Positions 13,780-25,149 of a stretch of DNA of 64,000 bases are shown in pieces. Source of the stretch: Camelus ferus (lineage: Eukaryota); the NCBI RefSeq assembly GCF_009834535.1, contig NC_045697.1, forward strand, positions 76,820,001-76,884,000. Reading direction: 5' to 3'. The position numbers were made by a program, and so were the translations under genes. Each line of letters begins with the position of its first letter. The first letter of the stretch is position 1. The notes below the pieces were generated by a model. That model was not told the origin of the DNA, did no database searches, and saw only the letters and a list, made by a program, of their open reading frames with translations.

Positions 13780-13960
13780 ATGCTATCATATCTTTCTTGG
13801 TTGCTTTCTGTCAAGGCTAAAAACACTCAGTTCTTTAATGTCTTCTCATAGTTCCTATCTTCAAGCCTTTATTACTTTGCTGTTCACCCTTTGATTCTAC
13901 TAATTTTTAGTGTCATTTTCATGACACACAATAGCCACAACTAAAAATAGTAGTTTAATA
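13780..13960 (-). mobile_element. Ancient CR1/L3 LINE fragment
   Basis: CAAGGCTAAAAACACTCAGTTCTTTAATGTCTTCTCATAG...CCTTTTATTACTTTGCTGTTCACCCTTG resembles the reverse strand of CR1/L3 RT-region sequence. Confidence 0.55.
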
Positions 13961-16095
13961 TATAGAAAGAAAAACCAAAACAATTTCATTTTGCTGAGAC
14001 ACTAATCATTCAGCCTAAGATGTGGACCAACCAAACAGGGTCAACAGTCAATATTTATGTAGCTCTTTGGACTGATTGAAAGATGAATCAAAGTAGCTCC
14101 ACAGAATAAGACCAGATCTAGACACTCCCATCCCTTACCCTCATACACAGAGTATTACCACATTTTTTTGCTTTGAAGAGGAAATAGGCAACTACTCAAA
14201 AATTTCTATTGCTGTCACACAGCAAAACGTACATCAGAGATGTACCAAATGATACAAAATGTTAAACAGGATTAGCTAACATATAAAATCCAAAGTGTTC
14301 TCCCAAGCTACTTAAATTGCATCCAAATCTAATTTACAGGTAGATGGATTCCTGACGATGTGACTTAGTTTAAGTAATGAAATTCACATAAGATCCAAAG
14401 GGAATTCTGTGTATTATTCTCATTAAATATGAGAATATGATTAAGTGATTTACACTACAATAGTGCCATCATTCAGGCATTCAATGGAACCATATATTTC
14501 AAGAAAATCACAAATGTTTCATTTAATAAAACCATGCTTGTTTTAGCAAATTTTAATAAAGTTACTAGAGTGCCATTGCTACTACTCAGGCCCTAGTAAA
14601 GCACAAAATTCTTTCTTAATAAGACTGAAAGGGGTATGCACATGACTAAAAAACTGGTGACCCCAACTCATACACTTCTACCCAAAATAGTTCCCTAAGA
14701 CCAAAATACTAAAGTGAGGTAGGCCTTTTCTTATATGTATCCCTAACAAAAAAGGCAAAAAGACAAAACAAAATATAATTTCTCATCAAAACAGGCGATT
14801 GAGTTTCTCAGATGATTGAGTTTCTTAGTAGATACAGACAGACCCTCTAAAGGCTGGTAACATATATCATCTTACAGTTTTATGATGGGAATATGATAGT
14901 CAAATATCAATTCAAAATCCAGAAGACACCAGCATTTACAGAGTGCTAGTGTCTATGGTGGCAGTCCTAATAACCAGAACAGAGTATCATTATTAGCTCC
15001 ATTGTTTTGTTCTTTGAAACCTAATTTTCAAGTGATTTATAGACACTTTCTATCCTATTGTAAAATACTGAGCTACTAGATTAGTTGTCTGTATATACTT
15101 TGAAACGGGAAACATTTTGGATGTATATACTAGATGCACATTCATTTAGGTATACATACTAACACATAAAGAAGAAATTTTAAGTTATTCCATAAATTTC
15201 AGAGTAAAGTCAAGGTATGACCAGAATCGTGTTTGAAAGGGGAAATAGTCATAAGAACTAGCATTATGTGATCTGAAAAAAAGACAGAACGAAAAAATAG
15301 ACAAAAGATGAAAGTATTAAAACCTCATTTTTTATGTATTTTATGTATTAGATCTTCTCCATAATATTGCGACAGAACACATATTTTTATTATATTTTCC
15401 CTCAAAAGCTTTCATTAACATAGAAAAATACAGTCCCAAAGGAAAAACAGTGAACAAAATATGTAATAAAAAATATATTAAGAATGTTAATGTGTTTCAC
15501 TTTCTGTGTATATTTTACCTTTCACATAATCCATTCAGACTTAGTCAAATCAACAATCTTCAGGATCTTGAAGGCCCATTTAAATGCCAAAACATCACAT
15601 GCTTGCTGGGAGTACTAAAAGTGTAAAACTTAGAGGCTTAAACAGTCACAATAAATATGTCTCTATACTTTGCATTTAGCAGAATTTCCTAGATGGAAGG
15701 GTCACATAGCTATGATTCTTCAGGTATTTTACCTATGTAAGCAATATCTGCTTTATACATCACATTGAAATTATAACTTTCTCTTTAAGTGGAACTAGCT
15801 CTCTTGTCTCACTATCAGCTCTAACTGACCCTAGTAACTTGTTTACTTATTAATCAATCAGCATTTATTGAGTGTTTATTATGTGCCTAACCCTGTGTTC
15901 TACAGACTCCTGAGGAAATGATGAAAAAATTTTACATATCATTCCTAGAGATAAAATTTTTTCTTTTTTTTTTACATGTTTGCTAAATTTAAACCACAGA
16001 ACCACACATACTATGCTCACTTCAAGGAATCCATCTTTAAAAGTAACTGGTAACACCTTTCGGGGCTTCAGTGAAGCTGGAAGAAGTGAGTGCAC

Positions 16096-16222
16096 CTTAA
16101 ACACTTTGCTGGCGTCTGTGGACATGGCCATGGCTGCTCCAGTCATCTGCTCCTGCATCACCTGTGATTGGGCAGCAGCATTATCTTGGCCCCAAATCAG
16201 AGAGCAGATGCTCCGAAGCCCA
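16096..16222 (-). pseudogene. EMC3: EMC3 (TMEM111, ER membrane protein complex subunit 3) retrocopy fragment
   Basis: Minus-strand translation [42 protein letters not shown] aligns without gaps to mammalian EMC3 [42 protein letters not shown] (32/42 identical to the sequence as I recall it). There is an in-frame TAG at 16234-16236 just upstream. No other EMC3 exons were seen. Confidence 0.88.
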
Positions 16223-18659
16223 TGTGTATTATACTAATAAATAGAGCCAGAGGATCCTGCAATGATGCTATTATTATGTTTAGAGTAAATCATCAGATAA
16301 GCTAATTGGTACATTACCACATATGAAATGAACAGTTTGATGAGTGAATACGGGCCAAATAAAAATGGAAAACCAAATCAGGAAGCATTACAGTCATGTA
16401 AAAGAGAAATTTTAAAACAATACATTTTTAGAACAGAAATGTAGTAGAGAGCAAGAGATGGTGTAATCAATATATACGGCAATACTTAAGCACAAGGCCA
16501 AGCCATTTCTCTGGAGAACAAGGGATAAACTATCAGCTTGTGGAATTTCTTTCCAGATTTATATTTCCATAATTCCATAAAAAAACAAAACTAGCCTCCC
16601 ACTTCTTGCCTCTTCCCCACCTCCCACCAAGAAACAAAAGCAGCAGCATTATCTTTAAACAGTTCAGCTAACACTGACAGCCACTACCGTGTCTAGCAGT
16701 CACTGGGCCTAAAGGCAGCTTGAGGATTTTAAACAGCCCCCGGCCTGTATTAGAACCCTGCTGAACACCAGCCCCAGGACAATGAGCAGCCATTGATACA
16801 TGATGTCAACTGTCTGAAGGGTAAGATTAAAACCATTTTAAAACGGAAACAGACAAAAAAGGCAAACTCCCTCAAGCATTTTCAAACTACATCATAATCA
16901 ATGTTGTTGAAAGCTGTACTGAGATCAAGTGCCGAAGGATAAGACGGAGGAGAAAGCAAAATCCTCCATGTGAGGAAGTCATTTATTACGCTGACAAGGG
17001 TAGTCTCCCCACTCATTGTGTGTTAGGTGACCGAAATTTTCACATTTAGAGTAGTTTGGTAGATACATATTCAACTCTTTGGCCATCACCCGTAGAAGGT
17101 AATTCTGGCAGGGAAAGACGATGGATGTGGTCTGATCATAGCACATGGTGGTGAGGTGTTTTATCTTTTCTTCTTGGCTGATCCTGGAATGTCACTGTTT
17201 CTAGGGTCTTTCCAGAGAACCTCTTGATTTTTTTGTCCCCTAAGAAGCTTTTGCAATCTTTGAGTTTCTTTTTTAAACTAATTTTCTGTGAATTTTCCTA
17301 TACCCTCCAAAACTCAGAGAAACATTGAAATACTACCACCCATGACTCATTTTCTGGAACATGATAAAAGTTTTTGTTTGCTTTGCTTCTAAAACAAGAA
17401 TCAGGGTTTGTGCTACTATTTTAAAGTAGCCTGATATTTATGATTCTCCTTCAGAGTGTCTATCATGGTGTAATTAAATCAATCATGCTGGTTTGAAGAA
17501 TTTTAGCATTACTTTATGTAATTTTTAAGATTATCTACTTATCATGTATTGCCAGACACTCTCAAATCTGCATTTTTTTAACTGAATAAAAGAAAAGACA
17601 TGAAGCACTTGCATCATCAGAATGGTCAAGTAGGCTTTTCTCAAAAACAAAAAAACTAATAAAGCAACTTTAAAAAAAAAAGTATTTATCATAAAGCTGC
17701 TTTTCACAGCTTTCCAGCATCAGATTAAAAATAGACATATACTGAAATAGAGTAGATCAAGATTCAGGCGGATTCTGGCAAAAAAGACACCATTTAACCA
17801 CAACCCCATTCATATGTGTAAGTAGGGCTTATTAACATGTGGAAGAGTTATTTTCAAGTGAAATTTTAAAATCCATAGGGGAAGAAACTTAACTAGCAGA
17901 ATCACAAGGCAGGAGTGTAGTGCAGGCTGTGTTGTGGTGGGAGCAGCACATTGCACAGTGTCTGCAACTCAGCACCACAGGCCACTTTGTGCGGAACCCT
18001 GTGCGGAAATCCTGGGGGCAATTTTCCTATGGGCCCTTGGCATAAGTCCGAAACACCCCCCTGGTGTTTGCAGCAGCTGTAACAAGCTGGCTCCTAGGGA
18101 CAGTTCTGAAGGTGAGTGTTTGTGGAAGACAAGCCCACAGGGCTTTTGAAACCTGATTTTTGTTTCTGCTACTGCATGGCACACCAAATGCAGAAGGCAA
18201 GAAGGAAAACATGCATGTTTTCACTGGCACGTTTACAGAGGCTTGTGGTCAGAGGGATCTTACGATTTCTGCTGATGCTCCTGGAAACAGATTGATGATC
18301 TAGGTTACTGTGTCTTTTTTTTTTTTTTCATCAGGAGGTGAATGAAAAGAATGGTGTTAAATGAGACAGATCATCCTGAAATACGGTTTCATAATAATTT
18401 TGAGACTCAGACTGAACTAAAGAAAAACCTCATAATCTTTTAGGTGGATTTTCTTCTACCCAAGACTTTCACTTGTTTTCGTTTTTTCTTGGTGTCCTGA
18501 CAGCTTCCCCTGCTAGTCAGCTGAATGCTCTCATTGTTCTATTTTGGAAAGTATTCCCCATTATTCACTATTAATCCACTTTAACTGTATAATACAGCGT
18601 TTAGTATGTACTAACTGAAAACTTTCTTCATAATGTTTTGGGGAATCCTTTTGGATTGA

Positions 18660-18900
18660 CTCATACATTCATTCAACAACGGCAAAAATGTTGGCACTTT
18701 CTGGGTTAGGTACTTACTGTGCTAAGTGCAGGGGAGTGAAAAGCTGAAAAATAACACATTTCCTTATCCGTAGGAGGATCCCAGTATGTAAAGGGAGATG
18801 CATAAACAACTAATATGATAAGATGATGGTAATAGCCATAAAAAATTCAAGTTTGAGAGCTAAAAGGTGCACACAATATAAGGATTTAATTCTGCCCTAT
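18660..18900 (-). mobile_element. L2 3'-end fragment
   Basis: CATTCATTCAACAA...TACTGTGCTAAGTGCAGGGGA pattern. Confidence 0.65.
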
Positions 18901-19354
18901 TGTGGCAGTGGCTAGGCAAAGCCTATGTCACTTTCCACTGCAAAAAAAAATAAGACAAAAGATTTTTATTTATTTAGAGCAGAGTTTTCTGCCTTTTGGA
19001 GCTGACACACCAATTTTTGTGTCACATGCTTCCAATCTTCCCAAAAAAGTTTTGTTTTACATTTCCAAGAGTTGAAGTTAGCTATAGCTGGTAGTTTTGT
19101 GATCATTATTACATCTAAAGAAATAACTAGAGACAAGAGAGGGGCAACGTGGACTAGGAATCAATGATACAGAATTCAAGCTCAGATCACAAAAGGGATA
19201 GAAATGGGAAGTGAGTCAGAGGACTTTCTTCCTAGTCAGTATAAAGAAAGCTGTTTATACTCACAGCAGGGGAGAACTTGCTTTACTCAAGAAAACTGGA
19301 CCATGCCAGCTCGTCATCACGAAATTGTGTTGTCATCATCACCACCACCACATT

Positions 19355-19600
19355 AACAATAACCAACACCTGTATAGCGCAAGTCACTCCTCCAGGCAGT
19401 GTGCTGTTACAAATAATAACTCACTTAATCCTCACCTCAGCTTTGCCATAGGTACTATTGTTATCTCCTCTTTACAGATAAGAAAACCGAGGCATAGGGA
19501 AGTCAAGTAACTTCTGAACTACTTAGTAATTAGCAGAGCTGGGAAATGAGCCCAGGCAGTCTGGCTCCAGAGTTCTAGCTCTTAACTACTATACTAAACT
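19355..19600 (-). mobile_element. MIR SINE
   Basis: CTCACTTAATCCTCAC...TTTACAGATAAGAAAACCGAGGCATAGGGAAGTCAAGTAACTT...CCCAGGCAGTCTGGCTCCAGAG...CTCTTAAC. Confidence 0.9.
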
Positions 19601-20159
19601 GTTTCTTTATAGATTCTTAAAGTACTATAAAATAAATATAGTAATATAGTATTTGCCTCAGAGAGTTAATCCCAATAGGGAAAAAATGTAAATTTATACA
19701 AAAGAAGCAAGGGATAAATCACCTCTGGGACTCCCTGAGTCTGTGATACCCTTACACAAATGCATCCCACTGCAAAAGATGGTCAATTTTTTCCCAAAAC
19801 TCATCTATTTTTCTCACCTAATTAAACAGAATTTTTAGGATTAATCTTTTAAAATGTTATTCATTAAACTTACCTTAAGGACAGTGAGGAACAGCCATAT
19901 TTTTTGTGTAACTATCAAAAGATGTCAAACCCAGAGTTCCAATGACTATCACACTGGATTCTTACATGTTTTATGTTCTTTAGACATCTCAAAGTCAAAC
20001 TCCCTCCTATTTATTACTATTCTTTCACAACTGTACTAATAGATTTCACCTCTTAAATTTTATGACTATTTCCTAAATATTTCCCTTCCTTCTCATCCTC
20101 ATGAAAGTGTTCTCTTTTTAGCTTTCGACTCCCACTTGATTTATTGAAATAAACTTCCT

Positions 20160-20400
20160 TAAATTACTGAGCTCTTCTTATATGCTATTCATTGTGCTAG
20201 AAGCATAATATATTTTACCTCATTTGATCCTCATGAAAGTTCTGAGCAGAGTAATAGTATTCACAGTGAACAGGTAAGGAAAAGTTCCAGAGAGGTTAAG
20301 TAACTTCCCAAGGTCACATGATGGGTGAGTGGTACAGCAGGGAGAACTCAAAACCGTTTCATGTATGTTCCATATTTTTCCCAAGACACCATCTTATTTT
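20160..20400 (-). mobile_element. MIR SINE
   Basis: CTCATTTGATCCTCA...CAGAGAGGTTAAGTAACTTCCCAAGGTCACA. Confidence 0.8.
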
Positions 20401-21499
20401 ATTGAGCATCTCCTCTGTCTCATACGTACGAATTGATTATTACATTTGGGGGCCAAATAGGAAAAATGGACAGAGTCCTTCCAATCTACTATTTCATTAC
20501 AGCTTAGCTTTCAATATTCCGTCACCCACCGGATTTTTTGCCTCATATCAAATAAATATATTCTGGATCATCTATTCAGGAAAAAAAACTTGAGTAGACA
20601 TCTTCAGATTTGAAAGATAGAAACTAATTCCATTTGTTTTCATTTCTTACTGTTATAAAATTTAGTAAGCATTAGTGATGAACCCAAACAAATCTAACTA
20701 TACCATGTTTTCAGGGTTGATATTTTAAACAAAATAATGTTTTTTCCTGAAGAAAAGAATCTCACATGGAATACTATTGGATGAGAAATACAATACAATC
20801 AGAGAAGGAAATTTATGAAAATGGTAGTATATAAAACAAGTCTTACACAGCCATTTCTAAAATAAAACTTCCTAAAGGAAACAAGCAGTTAAAAAAATCT
20901 GATATTGTAATGAAAATTTAATAGGGTTTTCAAACAAAGACACATTCATCTTTTTCAGGACACTTTGAGAAACAAATCCAAGCATTTGCCTAGGAAATCT
21001 AGTCTAAGAATTCTTGATATTGTTAACTCTAAAATAGTTATCCATTTGACTTATTGATATACATTAGTTTGTTCAGTTACTGTTTCTAAAAGTCAAAAAA
21101 TGTAATTGTGACAAACTAAAAGGAAAGTCTAAAAAATGAAAAATAACTTCTAAAGACAAGTATAACAATTTGGATTGCTCCATATATTTCAGACTGCTCC
21201 ATTCCTTCTTTAGCTACATATTCAGTATGATCAAAACATAGCAACACCAAAATTTTCACACTAAAATAAAATATTTTTATGCAGTACTTTTACACAGAGT
21301 AGACAGATTTCTGTAGTAACCTCCCAGAAGGATATAAAAAAAGGGACCAAAAAAGACTACTTTCATCTTCCCAGTTTTTCAAGTTGGTTTCCTTTCCATT
21401 TTCTCTTCTCCCTCTTATCTATTCTTTTAAATTCAGCAATAGAAAAATGATTTAAATTGAAGGGGAAAAGACATGTATTTTTTTAAGAGACAAGAACAA

Positions 21500-21785
21500 C
21501 CCAGCTACCCATATTTCAAGAGTCATCTTAAGTGTCAGAAACTTTCCAAGCTTCTTCCTGAAGACCCTGCCCCCAAGTAGAACAGAGTTCCCTTGTTTCA
21601 TGTCCTCCTGAAATCATGTACTTTGTCTTAGAGGCTACAACAGATTACTGCATTAATTTGTTTAATCTGTCTCCATTACAGGACTAGAAGGTTCCTGAGG
21701 GCAAAAGACACATCTTATTCAGCTCTGATTCCTTGGTGCCTAGTACAGAGTTTGGAAGGGATTTAATTAACTAACATTTGATGAA
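21500..21785 (+). mobile_element. L2 3' end
   Basis: TCTGTCTCC...GACTAGAAGGTTCCTGAGGGCAAAGAC...GTGCCTAGTACAGAG...CATTTGATGAA. Confidence 0.7.
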
Positions 21786-22469
21786 AAAAAAAACCTATGC
21801 GAAAGTAAAAAAGGAATACAATATAGGTATGCCTTTTCCTAATTAAGGCCATAGTGTTAATATTTTTCCTGCAAAGTTGAAATTTAAAAACCAAAACTGT
21901 AATGAAGTTACCTGCTTAAAATTATCCTCAAAAAGAAAAAAAAATCAGCAATATAAGGCAGAAAAATATATTTTCTACTGAAAATTCTCAAGCTATGATA
22001 ATTCTTGGTGCCTCATATGGCTGAAGCATGTTTATTTTCATATCACATACTTCTTCTCTCTAACACTACAGGGGAGTTCTAAACTGCTATTTAAATTAAA
22101 TTGAATTCCTTGAGAAATGATTCTGGAATGTTAGTATATAAGCAATGGTATACCAAGAACCACATACCAGGTTTTTATGCCCAGTCTCCAAGCCCATATT
22201 CCATTATGTCTTGTGGGCCCAGCATGATTTATTTATAATGCAATACCAATCTCTCACTTTGTATGTATCAGCAGTTTTCACATCTGAGAGCTACCTGGTT
22301 GATTATCAGAATGTTTTGTTTCACTTTGTCTTGTTTTCTGGGACATATTGCTTGATGAACCTCTGTTTTCTCAAACAGGAATCAATAATACTTTAAAATG
22401 TGCCTTTTTCTTCCTTGCATTTTGATTTTTACCCTGATAATTCCAAAAAGAGCTCTCTCAATATTCACC

Positions 22470-23380
22470 AATAACTTTCCAAACTCAATGTCCTGTTTCT
22501 TTTTTTAACGCTAGACATCACAGCAGCATTTGATATTTCTCCTTCTGGCCATCCTGGTTCTCATCCCATTCCTTTCTGAACTCTGCTTCTCAGTCCTCTT
22601 TGATATCACTGTGCCTATTCTCCACATTGCAGTCCTTGTCCCATTGCCTTCTCTGTCTTCTCTCTCATCCTCTGCATCCTGGGTTCCATCACCTCTTCTT
22701 GACCCAGTCCTGCATTTCAAGTGCCAGCCCTGGGCCCCATACAAGATGCAAGCCTGCATTTCTAACTGTCTTATATGTCTACCTAGATAACCTTCAAACT
22801 CCTCAAATACAAATTTTCTGAAACAGAACTTATCTTCCCCTCAGATATACCCCTTGGATTTCATTTGTTAACAGCCATACTATACCCTCTTTCTCTCAGG
22901 TTCCAACCTTATAAATGTTGGCTACTGTCTTTCTTTCTTGTCTATTCTGCAATATATCTTGCACCAATTCTTTCTTCTGATTCCGCTTACTTCACCTCAG
23001 TTTAAATCTTCAATTCCATCCACCTGGACAACTGTAAAATTCCAAGTGAACTCCTAGCTTCTTTCCCCTCTCCAAGATAATAAATACATTGCTCTTAAAT
23101 TAATCTTCCTTAAGGACATCTCTGGTTATATATTTCTACTGCACCAAAGCCATCAAGGGATATAATGCAAAAACTTCAGCATTCAGGGTCCGCTGCAATG
23201 TTTATGATTTTCCAACTTTCTCGCCCTCTGTTCCCTTTGGGGTATTTGGCATTTCAGCAAAACCGACTTGCTAAAGCTTCTCTGTGCATGCTCCAAGTGA
23301 ATGTGTACATCTTTGCACTGCCAACACCAAGAATGTTGCCAAGCACATAAAAATGCTCAATAAAAATTTGCTAAGAGAAT
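22470..23380 (+). mobile_element. Degraded L2 LINE
   Basis: Pyrimidine-rich L2 blocks (CAGCAGCATTTGA, CCTGCATTTCTAACTG, CACCTGGACAACTG) ending in GCACATAAAAATGCTCAATAAAAATTTG. Confidence 0.7.
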
Positions 23381-24439
23381 ACATGAGAACACATAAGAGT
23401 CCCTTACTCTGAAAACATATCCAGTATATTTTATAAGGATGAGGTAGAAGCTATTATAAACTTTACTAAATGCAGAGAGTAGAGTAAGCTAAAGGAGTAA
23501 TGGGAGTGGAAGCTACTAAGGAAGCCCAGGAGGACCCTCCCTCTAAAGATATCATTAGCTGGAAAGCATGAGTTTTTCAGACTTAATGTAAAAGGGCAAA
23601 TGGTAACTTGCCAAAGAAGCTCCCAGTACTACACAGTTTTTAGAAGAAATACAGTTCTTGCTGTTCTTTACTTACTTGAAAACGGGTGTGACCTATCAGA
23701 GTCATTTGTCAAGGACTGAACAGTTGCAGCATAACAAATTTGAACCTTTCACTATGAATAATGCATAATTAACATACTACACAAAGGATGCTGAATGCTC
23801 AACTCAGAAACATTCTGGTACCGAAAGGAAAAAAAAAAAAAAAGAATCTTACTTGGTAAATTAAAACATATGTTGCATGTTTGACTCTCAACATTCATAG
23901 AACTGAAGGAATAGATGTCAATTTGTCTAATAATGATGATAAAGTTGGAAGAATTTTTTTGGGGGGGAAGGTATCCTTTAAATGACTATATTCCAGATAA
24001 CCTCTCTCCTTTCTATACTTTGATATAGGTTTTGTGATGAGATCTTTGTAATAGGATTTGAACCACAGAACACTGAAAATATTAAAAAATAAATAGAGAA
24101 TTTGTGTGGGCTCCTCTCTAATTGGTGATCTTGATTCTGTCTTTATAATAAATGAGGTCTTAATTGTCTAAATAAGAGGGCAATGTTATACCCTGCCCTA
24201 TGCTTGACTGTTGGAATTATTTCTGGGCTATTAATTATTCATCATCTGCACCTGGCTAAGCAAATAAAATTCTTGTTAACTCTTCTCGGAAGAGTTCCCT
24301 CTTACTCACAGGAGCCTAGGAAAGCTGCTTTATCAAAAGATCAGGATTTCTTTACACAACTTAAATGAGAGAGTTGACCATCTCTTGAAAGTACCCAAAG
24401 AATAATCAAAATACCACAAATATGGAGAATCCAAACAAA

Positions 24440-25005
24440 CAATGCTTCAGCCAGGTGATTAAGGTCAATAACAGTCACAAATCATGTAGATAATAAGTAC
24501 CCTTGATACCATGTGAGGAAAATGGTATTTTACTTCTGTGATCGTCCTCCTCCAAATCCATAACCCTAGTCCAATCATGAAAAACCTCTGAAAAACCCCA
24601 ACTGAAGGACATTCTACAAAATACCTGATCAGTAAGTAATCCTCAAAACAGTCAAAGGTTATCAAAAACAAAGAAAGTCTGAGAAAGTTGAAAGGATTCC
24701 ACAGTTGAAAGGACTCTAAAGAGATACAAAGACTAAATGTGACAGGGTATTATAGATGAGATCCTGGAACAAGAAAAAGACATTAGCTAAAAACTAAGGA
24801 AATGGAAGCAACGTATGGACTTCAGTTAACATTTCTGTATCAATATTGATCATTAATTGTAACAAATGTACCATGCTAATATAAGATGTTAATAAATAGA
24901 GGGAACTTGTGAAGTGTGGTTGGGGTATATAGAAACTATCTGTACTCAGTTGTTCTGTAAATATCTAAAACCATTCTGAAAAATAAGCTTATTAATTAAA
25001 TAAAA
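24440..25005 (+). mobile_element. Old L1 3'UTR (L1MC/L1MD-type)
   Basis: CCAGGTGATTAAGGTCAA...GGACATTCTACAAAATACCTGA...CAAAAACAAAGAAAGTCTGAGAAA...GATCCTGGAACA...GAAACTATCTGTACT, ending in an A-rich tail. Confidence 0.85.
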
Positions 25006-25130
25006 ATACTACAAAGAAGTTCTCTGATAGGGTCTCCGGCACAGGGGGCTGTATATATGGTTCAGCTGGGCAAGGTGGTGGGAAGGAAGGACAAGAAAAG
25101 GGTCTGACAGACAGTGGATAACAGGACACC

Positions 25131-25149
25131 TGCTGCCACCTAGCTGGTG
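25131..25149 (-). promoter_or_regulatory. Candidate CTCF site
   Basis: Minus strand reads CACCAGCTAGGTGGCAGCA, close to the CCASYAGRKGGCRS consensus. Motif evidence only. Confidence 0.45.

Noticed and set aside
15865..16161. 98-aa ORF as a functional EMC3 paralogue
   Set aside because: It starts at GTG and only its first 22 codons match EMC3. The transmembrane N-terminal region is missing and an in-frame stop lies upstream.
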